Below, piece by piece: positions 1 to 11,162 of a stretch of 64,000 bases of DNA. Location: positions 238,407 through 302,406 of the forward strand of contig NW_005434605.1 of assembly GCF_000315625.1 (NCBI RefSeq). Direction: 5' to 3'. Positions within the stretch are counted from its first letter, which is position 1. Every line of letters begins with the position of its first letter. The translations under genes were made by a program, and so were the position numbers. This DNA is from Guillardia theta CCMP2712. Taxonomy: Eukaryota; Protista; Cryptophyta. Under the pieces are notes generated by a model, which was not told where the DNA came from, searched no databases, and saw only the letters and a program-made list of their open reading frames with translations.

Positions 1-9
1 GGAGGGAAA

Positions 10-78
10 GAGCAGAGCAGAGCAGAGCAGAGCAGAGCAGAGCAGAGCAGAGCAGAGCTGAGAGCTGAGAGCTGAGAA
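10..78. repeat. (GAGCA)n pentanucleotide microsatellite grading into (GAGCTGA)n
   Basis: Directly visible agcag/gagca iterations at the window start. Confidence 0.95.
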
Positions 79-173
79 CAGGATTTTGGAGCAACTCATA
101 CATAGCAATCTTCTATTTGAACAACAATCTTACGACAACAAAGGTGTACAAAGTAACATCGTCATGGTCATCT

Positions 174-3100
174 TCATCCTTCGGGATGCGCAGCATTCAT
201 CACGAACGCGTTGAAGCGACCGACGGCTTTCCGGTTCATGTCATCCTCTTGCTCCACATCTGCCGCGAATTTCACGCCAGCATGCAGCGGGCGCTCCTCT
301 CACCTTGCTGCGACACCATGTCAGGAGCGAGGTAGTCGCCGTTGAGGTCAGGAGGGATCCGCTTGTAGATCATGGAGAGGATGCGGCAGTTGGACGACTT
401 CCACTTCCGCCCCAGCATGCAGGCGATCTCTTTGTACAGTCTGAGCACAACCAGCTCCACCTGCTCCTGCCAGTCAGCCGGATCGACTCTCCTCCCCTCG
501 CCTAGACCTGCTCGTTCCCGATGTCAAGGACCTTGCGGAGCACCAGCGGAGCCTTGAAGGAGACGAGCGTCCGGATCCTGCTCCTCGAGCCCGCGATGGT
601 TTGCTGAAGGCATGGGAGTGAGGAGGGGGAGGAGGAGAAGCAGCAGCAGCAGCAGCGGGGAGAGGCAAGATGGTCGTACATGCAACACATGAAGCAAGCA
701 TGAGATGTTGGCGATGTTCCTGACGCAGACCGAGGGCCTCGTTTCCTTTCCTCGCAGTGAGAAGCTACCGGCAAGCAAGTCGTTTACCCCCGCCATGTCG
801 ATCTCCTCAGAGCTGAACGCCGTCTTCATGCAGATGGCCTACCAAGACTGTGAGCTGACCAGCCTCACATCGCCTCCTCCTACCCTTCTCCGCAGACTTC
901 GACTTCTCCCGTCAAGAAGCCCTGGGCATGCGGCGTCAGACGACCAGAACGAGGGTCCCCACTGCACAAACACCGAGGATGCTCTTGTCCAGCTGCAAGA
1001 CTGGCCAAGGCAGGCTGACCAGCTGCTCCATCTCCTGAGCTCCGCACGTCATGCAGGCTGATGGGCGCAAGGGAGGGGCAGAGGACCTGGTTCAACATCT
1101 TGAGGGAGAGCAGGAGGAAGTTAGAGTCGTTGAGGAGTAGGCAGAGGTATCTGCGAGGGGAGCGTCACTGCCATCGCCTCCTACACAGCAAGAGGTCATT
1201 CACTCTTTCGCTAGAGGATGGAACCGGTCGAATAGTCGCATGATCTTCCTCAGACAGGTGGCCGTGGACTTGCCCACGATCCTGCCCATTCCTGTCAAGG
1301 GGGGAGGGGGGGAAGGGTGTCGGGCAGGGGTCGTCACCTCCGATATCGGGTCCACTCGGCATTGAACAGGGAGATCATGGTTTCCCCGGAGTTCTGAAGG
1401 ATTTGCTCATAGGTGAGGACCAGAGGGTCAAGGTCTTGCGGGTCCGTTTCCATGGCGGAGAAGATTTCATCCCACAGATCTTGGTTCAACGTCAACCAGG
1501 GGGCAAGTTCGGTATGCAGTCAGGTACCGGCAGAATCGAAGGAAACGTCGCTTGCCATGTCGTGCACGGGCGGGCTGGAGATCTCAACGTTGTCTTCTTC
1601 GATTTCCTTGGTATTTACACTGGATGCCAGCAAGAATTTCAGCAGGACAACCACCTGCCAGGCAAGGATGAGGATTGTGGAACTGCAAATGAGCAGGTAC
1701 CAAGTTTGGGAGAGAGGGCAAAACGGAGGAGTAGAAGCGTGCTTCTTTGCTGCTGAGGTCGGGATGACTTCGTCCGTACGGCAGGTCCTTTGACTCGGCC
1801 TTGTTCCACCTGCCGTTGGCTATCGGGGGCTCCCGGCTAGGGTCGCTGCTATGAATCAGCACAGAACAGACTTGTGGCGACTGGATCACTCACGTGTTGG
1901 CCTTGTCATGCAGAGAGATAGCAGCAGAGGAGATACACTTGGGGATCACGTCAGGGTACTTGGTTTGCATCTCTGACGGCCATGGTCAGCAGCGTTGCGC
2001 TCTCCTCTCTGGCCCACCTTCCCTCCAAATGCGGAGTCGACTGAGCAGGCAGGCAGAACCTGTCTTGTCTCACACGGTCGGACGAATCGGAAGCCAACCG
2101 AACCTGACAGTTTGGCGTCGGACAACTTGTTGGTGGAAAACGTGACGAGGAACAGCAAAATCTCCATAATGCAGAGGATCTTCTTATAGGGGACCGGAAA
2201 CCTGAGAGTCACCGTTTACGCTTGTCCACCGAGACGAATGAAAGGCAAACCTTTTCTCGCTATGGATCTGGAAATTCAGCAGATCAACTATGAAAAGGAA
2301 GAACGAAGATTGCTCCAGTGGTGTTTCGTCTACACACAACAGAAGCACAATGCTCTGAACGTGTTCTTCAACATCTGCTCGCACACCATTGATCTGATTG
2401 TAGCATTCTACCATCATTCCGTGCAACTTCTCGTTTCGCTAGCAGGTGCGGCTTGTCACCAGCAAGGCAACAGATCTCAAGATTACCTTGGTGACCCAAT
2501 TCTTCAGAACCGACAGAGCAACGAAGAGCAGGTTGCTGAGCAGAGAAGACAGCTTCCTCCACTCGACGCATTCAGATTCTGAGGTCAGGTTGTCATCTGC
2601 TTCAGAAAGCTTGCAAAGGCATCTCGTCAGCGCCGAGGTCACGATGACGATGATGTCTCTAGAAATCAGGGATGTTTGTAAGAAAACTACCATCTTGGTC
2701 GACAGAGCAGTCAAACCCAGCGAAGCTACCAGCAGCAACTTCACTGCATTCGACTGTTTCAAGATGTCAGTCTGCTCCAGGTCCTCGATGCAACTGGAGA
2801 AGAAATGACGAACGGACTTCAGGTCTGCATGCCGGACTTGCTTCCCGGAAAGCTTCTCAAAGCAGGCCTTCCATCCCTGCTCACTTCCATCGAGCACGAA
2901 GTTGTGCAGAAACAAAGCCTCTCGTTCACAGAAGAGCTCCGAAACCTCCTCCAGTAGCGGCTTGACTTTCTTCACGTGGTCCAGAGTTGCCGAGGAAGTA
3001 TCAGAGTGAAAGAAGATCGACTTCATTTCCGTCTCTGGCTTTGCGGGGACTTGCTCTCCGTCCCCAAGGAACCTCGGCTGACTGATGGGAGAAGGGTTGG

Positions 3101-3749
3101 ATTGAATGCTATCATTCAACCTGAGCAGCTTGAGGCATTCAACCTCGTTCACAGGATCCTGCGTCGATCGCTTCCGAACATCCTGGAACGTGACTGCGTC
3201 GTTGTTCGCATGCTCGTTCCCCCAAAACACAACCTGATGGGATGATAAGGATCGGAGCCCCCTGGTACCTTGAAGCTCGTTCAACCTCGCGCAGAACCAG
3301 ACCTTTCTCCCACACATCTTGTCGCCTACCTCGATGTCCTCACCATACTTCAACGGTGATGCCGAGCTGTCAGCAGGGATGCGCACGGAGGAGAGAGGGA
3401 CCCACTCGAAGAAGCTGTCGTAGGCGTCCAGTATTCGCACTCGTAGGAAGGCCGAGGAGTCCTCAGAGTCCTTGACGAGCTCGTACGCCTCGGCAGGAAA
3501 CCACGCTACCGCAGTTTGAAAGGAGGGGGAAGAGGGCTTGCGCAAGAAGCCATGCACGAGCACCTCCACCAAGTGACGCTTCAGCGGATGCTCGGGAGTG
3601 ATGGGTGTCGAGGGCGACGATGCAAGGCGAGGAGTCCTCGGAATGCTGATGTGGCATGGGCTCGGGGTGCAAGACGCATCTGACGAGCTGCTGACGTCAA
3701 GTATTCCACCGTCTACTTCATCGAGAACGATGTCCAAGGTTCGCATCAT
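174..3749 (-). CDS. STRIP1: STRIP1/2 (FAM40)/Far11 family STRIPAK scaffold with N-terminal tandem Agenet/Tudor-like domains; multi-exon
   Basis: Spliced translation gives FPVPYKKILCIMEILL, RYLCLLLNDSNFLLLSLKMLNQ, LVSFKAPLVLRKVL, LRLYKEIACMLGRKWKSSNCRILSMIYKRIPPDLNGDYL and terminal AVGRFNAF, all matching STRIP/Far11 motifs (cf. human LGRQWRKSNMKTMSAIYQKVRHRLNDDW). The 2439-3806 ORF joins in frame through a 48-nt GT-AG intron at 2439-2486. Stop TGA at 174-176. Confidence 0.85.
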
Positions 3750-4585
3750 CACAGCCAAGAATGAGAGGAGGGAGTGTTCAGTCGGATCTCCAGTGTATCC
3801 CAGCACTTGAGAGATCGTTGGATTGGCCAGCTCAACGAAGTGAACACTCGACCCTCCACCACTCTTCTCCCTTCGCCGATCTATCTATCATCTTGCATCG
3901 AAATTCTCCCTCTGGTACTTCCTATCTTGAAACAATGGCTGGCTCCCATTGTTTTTTCCAGTCCACAAGCTAGGGCTGCATTCTCTCTCTCCCGCTCCCT
4001 TTTTCCTTCTCCTCCCTCCCCCCTCTCTGTTCCTTCTCTTCCCCCTCCTCTCGCGCCCTTCTCTTTCTCCTCCTCCCTTCTCTCATCCTCCTTTCTTCCA
4101 CCATACGCCCTTGCAAGCCCTGTCCATCACCTTCCCTCCAATTTTCTCCTTCAGCTAATTGAATTTGAACTGAGGTTTACGTAGTTTTTTCCATGGGGGT
4201 AGGCGGTAGCAGAATGCATGTCTGGTGGGTGGTTATGTACCCGTTATTATGTCAGTATTTATTGCACAACAGTAGGGGTACTCTAATTGCTGACACCCCA
4301 TACACCCTCCAATTTGAACCACCCCACCACCTGGAACACACCCACCGTTCTGAGGGGGCTCGAGAGCACCGGTGTAGCCTCCTCTGACAGCAAGGCTCGT
4401 TGACTGTTGTCTCCCTTGCTGTTCCTTCCCGCCCATACTGCGGAAGAAAGTCAAACTTCCAAATCCTGGCCCCAATCTTGCAGCCCATCAAAGTCTCTCC
4501 TCTTTGTCTGTGAGATCTCGATTTCCTGTCTTCATATCATTCTTTGACCTCCACCTCCCCGTCTCTCGGCCTTGCAACTGTTGAA

Positions 4586-5210
4586 ATGGATCTTAAGAGA
4601 TTGAAGAAGGAAAGCGTCGAGCTGCAAGAGCCGATTGAGAAGTGTGGGGTGACAGCTTCTCCCATCAAGGAAGATCTAAGTCACTGGAAAGGCTACATCT
4701 TGGGACCTGATGACACGGCGTATGCTGGCGGGAAGTTCGAAATTGACATCGTCCTTACATCATCATACCCGTTCGAGCCTCCCAAGATGAAGTTCAATAC
4801 AAAGATATGGCACCCCAATGTCAGCTCTCAGACTGGAGCGATTTGTCTGGACATTCTGAAGAAGGAGTGGTCGCCGGCCCTCACTATCAAGACTGCTCTG
4901 ATATCTGTACAAGCTTTGCTTGCAGCTCCAGAGCCAGACGATCCTCAAGACGCCGTGGTTGCTCAAGAGTACAAGAGCTCCATTGAGAAGTTTAAAGCCA
5001 CTGCAAAGCTGTGGACCGAGCGATATGCCAAGGAAGGGAGCATGGAGTCGATTCAGCCGTTGTTGGACATGGGGTTTTCAGAGGAGCAGGTTTGGAAGTT
5101 CTATTTGTAAGATTTGTGAATGATTTTCCTTGTGACAGGCAAAGGACGCCCTGCTTGAGGCTCGCGGAGACGTGCAAGCAGCTGTCGAGAAGCTTCTTAG
5201 TGGCGCATAA
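4586..5210 (+). CDS. UBE2K: Ubiquitin-conjugating enzyme E2 with C-terminal UBA domain (UBE2K/Ubc1/UBC27 class)
   Basis: [25 protein letters not shown] active site and [10 protein letters not shown]. One intron (5090-5138) gives the UBA domain [30 protein letters not shown]. Stop TAA at 5208-5210. Confidence 0.95.
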
Positions 5211-5720
5211 GATGTGCCCTGTTGAAAGAGCGTCAGGCGTTGCGATCTGAATGAATTTCGTTCCACAGATGTTTGTTTGAAGACAAAATTTCACTTTGTC
5301 TTTACAGATTTTCATACTTGATGATGAGATTTTTCGTAGCCTTGCTGCACTTTGACTAATGATTTTTGCACCTCTTTTGGTCAAGAATTCAAATAGCATA
5401 TAACAATGGAATGCATTCCCAGAGTGATATGTCTTCTTCAATTTTCTGACATCTCTCCTCCCTTCATCTTCTGACCCCTCTGGGCCTCATTATCATCGTC
5501 ATCATGGAATCGTCATCCCCAGTAATCATCGTCACTCATAGTCACTGATCATTATGCACCATCATCCGATGATCATGTCATGGCTCTGAGTCTGGCAAAG
5601 GAATACTACTCGCGGCATCATGTCGAATATTCCCTGGTAATGATAGTTTTTCGATGATTGGATGTCATATTTCACAGTCGTACTCCCAACTCAAAGTTAA
5701 GTGACAAGTTAACTTAGTTG

Positions 5721-5831
5721 AAAAATCAGTACGAGGACAATTAATTAGGAGAGTCGAGGAGGTGAACTGTGACTCCCAACTTGACCTCTTTACTCAAAGT
5801 GAAGCCTGTTAAAAATCAGTACGAGGACAAT
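5721..5831 (+). repeat. 21-bp direct repeat AAAAATCAGTACGAGGACAAT, two copies 90 bp apart
   Basis: Copies at 5721-5741 and 5811-5831, each preceded further upstream by ACTCCCAACT. Confidence 0.85.
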
Positions 5832-5849
5832 CAGGAGACCAACACAACC

Positions 5850-5990
5850 TGTACGGTCCGGTCAGGCACGGATCGCACCGTCGGGCCCGACTCGGAGTCG
5901 GCGGCAGCCCGGCCCGGCGGCGGGCCGAGGCTCCCGGTCCGATGTGCCTGGGGTCTGCCTCCGAGTCGGAGGCTCTCCGACTCGCAAGTC
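5850..5990. promoter_or_regulatory. GC-rich palindromic island upstream of AK6 (putative promoter element)
   Basis: CCGG-rich, with perfect inverted repeats ccgactc-g-gagtcgg (5887-5901) and cgagtcggag-gct-ctccgactcg (5962-5984). It ends about 65 bp before the ATG at 6054. The regulatory role is inferred. Confidence 0.5.
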
Positions 5991-6053
5991 TTTACTCATC
6001 GGAAATTCAAACTGGTCTACCATCATTCGTGGTTTCAGAAACGGGCACGTGCC

Positions 6054-6902
6054 ATGGCAGAACGAAAGGTGATAAAAGCGAAAAGAAGCGGATAAAGCTG
6101 ATGGCGTGAGATCGTGCCCAGGTGCCAAACATCCTGATCACAGGAACACCAGGAACAGGGAAGACAACGACGGCAGAGAAGGTTGCAGAGGCTTTAGCAG
6201 GTTGCTCCCAATCTACAGGGGATGCGCTGATCGGATTTCAGGCTTCACGCATGTGAATGTGGGAGATCTTGTAAAGACAAAATCTTTGCATGCAGGGAAA
6301 CATGAAGACGAAGAGTTTGACAGTAAGGTTGTATTGTTTCAATGGCTGGGTCTTAGATGGCACAGCTTTCATACTGGACGAAGATTTGATTGCGACGAAC
6401 TTGAAGACCAGATGTCCCAAGGGGGAAACGTACGCATTGTCGAAGTTATGGGTGGCTGAGCGATGACGAATTTGTAGGTCGTAGACTTCCACACCTGCGA
6501 CTTTTTCCCTGAGAGATGGTTTGATCTGGTCGTTGTTCTTCGAACAGACAACGACATTTTGTAAGCAAAGGAAATACTAAGATGCTATCGTTATACGCAC
6601 TTTCAGATACCCAAGATTGGAGAAGAGAGGATATAGCACGAAGAAGGTTAGAATCTCTGTAGAGTATGTTTCACTAACTTGACGATAGATTCAAGAAAAT
6701 GTTGAGTGCGAGATCATGTGTGTAGTTGCTGAAGAAGCACGAGAATCATACAAAGAAGAAATCATTTGGATGCTGCAAAGCAACTCCATCCCAGACTTGG
6801 AGGCGAATGTAATGAGATATATCTCTACGATGAAAAGGTCTCACTCTGGAAATGCAGGTTGCTAGAATAACCCATCAAGTCAAACAATGGACGGGGATGT
6901 AA
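6054..6902 (+). CDS. AK6: Adenylate kinase isoenzyme 6 (AK6/Fap7/CINAP); multi-exon; apparent 1-nt frameshift near 6390
   Basis: NILITGTPGTGKTT P-loop, HVNVGDLVK, VVDFHTCDFFPERWFDLVVVLRTDN, LYPRLEKRGY and KIQENVECEIM, joined by 42-53 nt GT-AG introns. Confidence 0.92.
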
Positions 6903-7141
6903 ATAAAATAATCGTTTCATTTTGTTACATATGAAAGAAATAATCGAGAATCTAATTGAAGTTGTTGATTTTGCACCAGGACTTTCAATAATTTACAGTT
7001 ATGGGATCAGATGCCCATCGAAAGGAAGAAGCCTGTATGTGCAACCCCGTATATGTGCAATCCCGTGAGCAATACACCATGTCTTGTCTTCAGCAGATAC
7101 CATGGAAGAACAAAGAAGGATCATCATAGCTTTCGGTCTGA

Positions 7142-8681
7142 TCAGGCGCGACCTGACGTTACCATTCTTAGAGCATTGTGCAATTCCGCCTCCATGAAAG
7201 AAGATGGCGGCCTATCGCTTGCCTGGTCAAAAAAGTCAGACTCTTGAGAAAAGCAAGCTTATACAAATACCTTGTATTGCATCCCGAGTTTGATCATGTT
7301 GACATAACAAGGAGGATAAGGCCGAGGATCCACCGGAAGATGAAGCTTTTCACCATTCAACACAGCAGCTTTCAAGTATTTGAAATCAGAGAATCTTCCT
7401 TCCCATGGCTTTTTGTCCATCATGATTTCCCACAGCACAACCGCAAGTGCCCAATTATCAACCGATTCAGTAAGTTCTTGTCCTTGCAGCTGCTCAGGTG
7501 CCATGTAGGCTGGAGAGCCTGAGATCGTTGTAGTCTTCAAGCTCTTGCAATTAGGTGCCAACACGCGCTGCGGGCACTGATCACGCGAGAAAGGCATTAA
7601 AACAAGCACATACCGCGCATCCAAAATCAGCAATCTTAGCAGAGAGGTCATTGCTCAAAAGAATGTTCCTCGTATTGATGTCACGATGAATGATTCTCTT
7701 GCCGTGCAGATATGCCAACCCGAGGGCAACTTGATGAGCGATTTTAATCTTTTGAGAAATCTGAAAAAAAAGATCAACACACATAACCAAATACGAGCAT
7801 CGCACTGTACCTTCAAAGGAGCATTCTTCCCATCGAAGAGTGCATGATGCAAACTTCCTTTCTCACAGAGTTCGAAAACTAACCCGATGTACGGCTGCAC
7901 TGGATTCTCATTCGTCGGAAATTCCGTGGCAGTTCCCCAGAACGTGACGATGTTGGGATGACGAATGCGCACAAGAATGCGTAGTTCAAGAAGCAACTCC
8001 CTCATCTTAGATTTGATGGTGCATTCACCACTCTTGTTAGAAATCTGCTTCACAGCAACTGTTCCGGAGTCAGGCAATTGATTCGCAGCACAACTTGAAT
8101 ACCTGGAGCGCCGTCGTAGCTGGTAGCAAAGATTTTACCGAAAGATCCAGAATCAATTTCTTTGAGGGCCTTCAGTTTGTTTCTTGGGATGTAAGTAGAA
8201 GTCACCTGTCGATAAATTAATTTTGCAAATCTGAAGCAAGCAACACTCCTCGTACCATGCTCATCAGATGTCCAAACTCTGTTAATTGATCTGGATTAAA
8301 TCCGTTGGACATTGCCCATCGTTCAGCTAGAATCCTGAAAAAAACCTCACATTTCTTCAAAGCAAACATCGTGATTGCTTACTGCAATGTTGTGTAAGTT
8401 TCATCTTCACTGGATTTAGGAACTTTCAAATTGTTTGCATGCTCCATAGGTCCTACACTACCACCCGAAGGTCCACTCGGAATGGCATTCGGATCCTGTT
8501 GGTACAATGTGAAGGAGGACCCGATAGAGAAACCATCGTTCGACTGCATTCCGAGTCCCTGGGATGAACGCAACTATCAGCCATCTGCATACATTCTCAA
8601 TCTCGTTGAGCTCACCGCAACTGCGTTTCCCCTTCCATATTCGGTCTTGATAAAATCTTTGAAGACAGCTTGCTCTATCAT
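7142..8681 (-). CDS. Tyrosine-kinase-like (TKL) Ser/Thr protein kinase; multi-exon
   Basis: [55 protein letters not shown] and [14 protein letters not shown]. The start at 8681 is tentative. Confidence 0.9.
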
Positions 8682-10169
8682 TTCTAGGAACTGAATTTTG
8701 AACAATTTGATTGAGCGTAGTAGTTAGGTCTCGAGTCGTAAGGATTGCTGTAGCAGAAGTAACTCTGCACTCTTGGAGTTGCTGGGTAAGTAGCCGTGGT
8801 AGATGGTGACGAGGTGAGAGATCAAAGGTGAGGGAGGCGAAGAAGTAGGGATGAGCGTGCGTTCGGAGAGAAATTGGTTTCGAGGTTGAGGGGGAAGGAG
8901 ACGGAGAAAGGTAAGGTGTTCAGAGAGGGACGATGGATTGCTACCAGTAATGAGGGGGGGGTCGGGGGTGGGAGACGGGGGTAGTGGAAAGCAAATCTTT
9001 AACGTTGGACGCAGGGGTGTTCGATATTGGCACAACAGAGGGTAGGGTGTTCGAACTGAGCCCTTCAGGGTGGGTACATGACCAGGAGAGACCAGGGGTG
9101 TTGGTAACAACGTTGAAGGTGGGTTCCGCCGAAAGTCACCTGAGCATCCTAGGGGGTGGGTTTCTTGGTTCTTGGGGTAGGTGGTGACATCACGGTTTGG
9201 CACGGGTAGTGCATCGGTGAGTGACAGAAATTAGCTTTGGGGATGGGACGGCAACGCGTTGTAGGGGGGAGGTGGGGGGGGATGATTTGAGGGGGTCGGG
9301 GTTGTGGGGTGGGATCAAGAGGGGCGGTTGGCCATCGGAGCCTACATTTTCATTAGAGGAATAATCGAAGAACAACAGACCCTCATGTATACAGATGAGA
9401 CAAAGCTTCCAATTGCAATCAAAAATGGAAATGACAGGGGTGAAGGAAGTTGGGGGGGCGGGCGGGGGTTCGAAGCAAGGGGGTACGACGGAAATAATAT
9501 ATGAAGATTGTGTACAAGGCTTGTTCCGACTCATGAAGGGGGTGGACAACCCTACCGTACCATGAACGAATATCCACCACCCCACCTCATCTCAAGTACA
9601 GTTATGGCCGGGTTATATCGGTGGTCGGAACCAGGGGGTTCCTGCCCTGTATTCACCGGGCCCCGGTAGTCGCCATCATGCCCATTCCTGCTCCCACCCA
9701 CCCCTCTCCTCCTGGTCCTCGATCTTGTCAGGTGCCTCAACTTCAATGGCCGTTGCTCGGGACCCCACCCCTCATGATGGATCCCGGAGGCTGAATCTTC
9801 TATAGCGGCTCTAGCATGTTGGGGGTGGCTGCATATCAATCAACATCGTAGCAATGATATCAAGGTGCTCCTGTCCCTCCATTTATCCTCCGTTATACAT
9901 CACCCTACCTGTCTCAGGCATGACCCCTGCCCCCCGAGCCCACCTCCACAGGTAGTAACCCCCACCCCCCTTGCAGGAAGTCTACCAGGGGGACGGCGAA
10001 CCGGACTGTGACCTCCCCACCCCGTTGCCCTTTTATTTTAAAAAAAAAACGGCTCGGGCTTTGAGGGGTGGGGTCGGTGAATGCCACCATAAACGGCACT
10101 CTTGCTGCGATAACGGCAGATTCATTGTTGGCTGCACAAGTAGCTCTGGTCATCCATCGTCACGGGCCT

Positions 10170-10720
10170 CTCAGAGTCTTGGCCCGGCCTGGCTGAGCCA
10201 TCCGAGCGGCGGCGGCCCGGCCCGCCCCGGCAGTGGGCGTACGGTACGGTCACCGGCGGCGGTCACTACTGCCAGAGGCCCGCCAGGACGGGCCGCGCGG
10301 GCCCCGGGGAGGGCCAGCGCAGGCAGGCTGCCGAAGTTCACTGGCACGGTCGGGACACCGGCTCCCAGCCCCGAGTGAAGCCTGAGCTCCGAGTCGGCAG
10401 GCCGCCGGGCCGGGGCAGGCCGGGCCGAGCCTCGGAGCCTCAGGCTCCCGGGCCCGCAGGCCCGGAGTGCCGCAGTGCGGAGACTACTTCGTCCGTCCGA
10501 CCGTCGGACGGTCCGATCAACGTGCCGCGGTGACAGGCTCGGACTCAGTGCAGTGCCGCAGGGGCCGCCGGGGGCTCGGCCAACGGGGCCGGGGAGTCCG
10601 GCGAAGTGACTTCGGAAGTTCCGGTCGGCGGATCGTTTATGTGCTGGGGGCGGTACTAGGCTACACCGCTGACCAGGTTGGGTGACTCGGACTGCTGTTA
10701 CTACCATGAGTCTGACCATA
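10170..10720. promoter_or_regulatory. Large GC-rich palindromic island in a divergent intergenic region
   Basis: Very high GC with many CCGG/GGCC sites and a perfect inverted repeat ccgtccgac-c-gtcggacgg (10493-10511). It lies between the divergent kinase and PDZ genes. Confidence 0.45.
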
Positions 10721-11162
10721 AGTCCAGACCACCCCCCGTTCTGCCTACCTTACTAGAGACTTTGGCATAACCCCTCTGGTGGCTCCAATCTCCCTAAAGG
10801 TCCGGTAGACCGACTCTTGCCTCCTGGGGGCTACTTTTCTGATCGGAGACTACCTCCACCCCAATGTTCACTCTGAAAAGGAAGGGTGATAGATGAGATT
10901 GCTACAGGTGAAGACCCCCTTGCGGGAGTGTACTTGAAGAAAAAGAGCAAGTTAGGGGTGGTGGAAGACAGGGGTAATTTCATGAAAAGCGCAGTGGTGG
11001 AGGGGGTAAGAAGAGCTGGTGCTGAGGATGGTACTCAAATCATATGAGATTAATTGTAAAATGTCCGAGAAAGGAAGTTTAGAAATTGGTGTGAGCGCAG
11101 AGCTCGCTGTAAGTAAGTGGGTCTAGGATGAGGGTGGGGGTGGTACAGAGGAAGGCGCAACC

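Noticed and set aside
5721-5831. Direct repeats with a spacer as a possible CRISPR-like array
   Set aside because: There are only two copies, the context is eukaryotic and no cas genes are present. A local duplication is sufficient explanation.
9971-10719. Pro/Arg/Gly-rich ORFs on both strands
   Set aside because: They are by-products of the extreme GC content of the palindromic island, with no recognisable domain.
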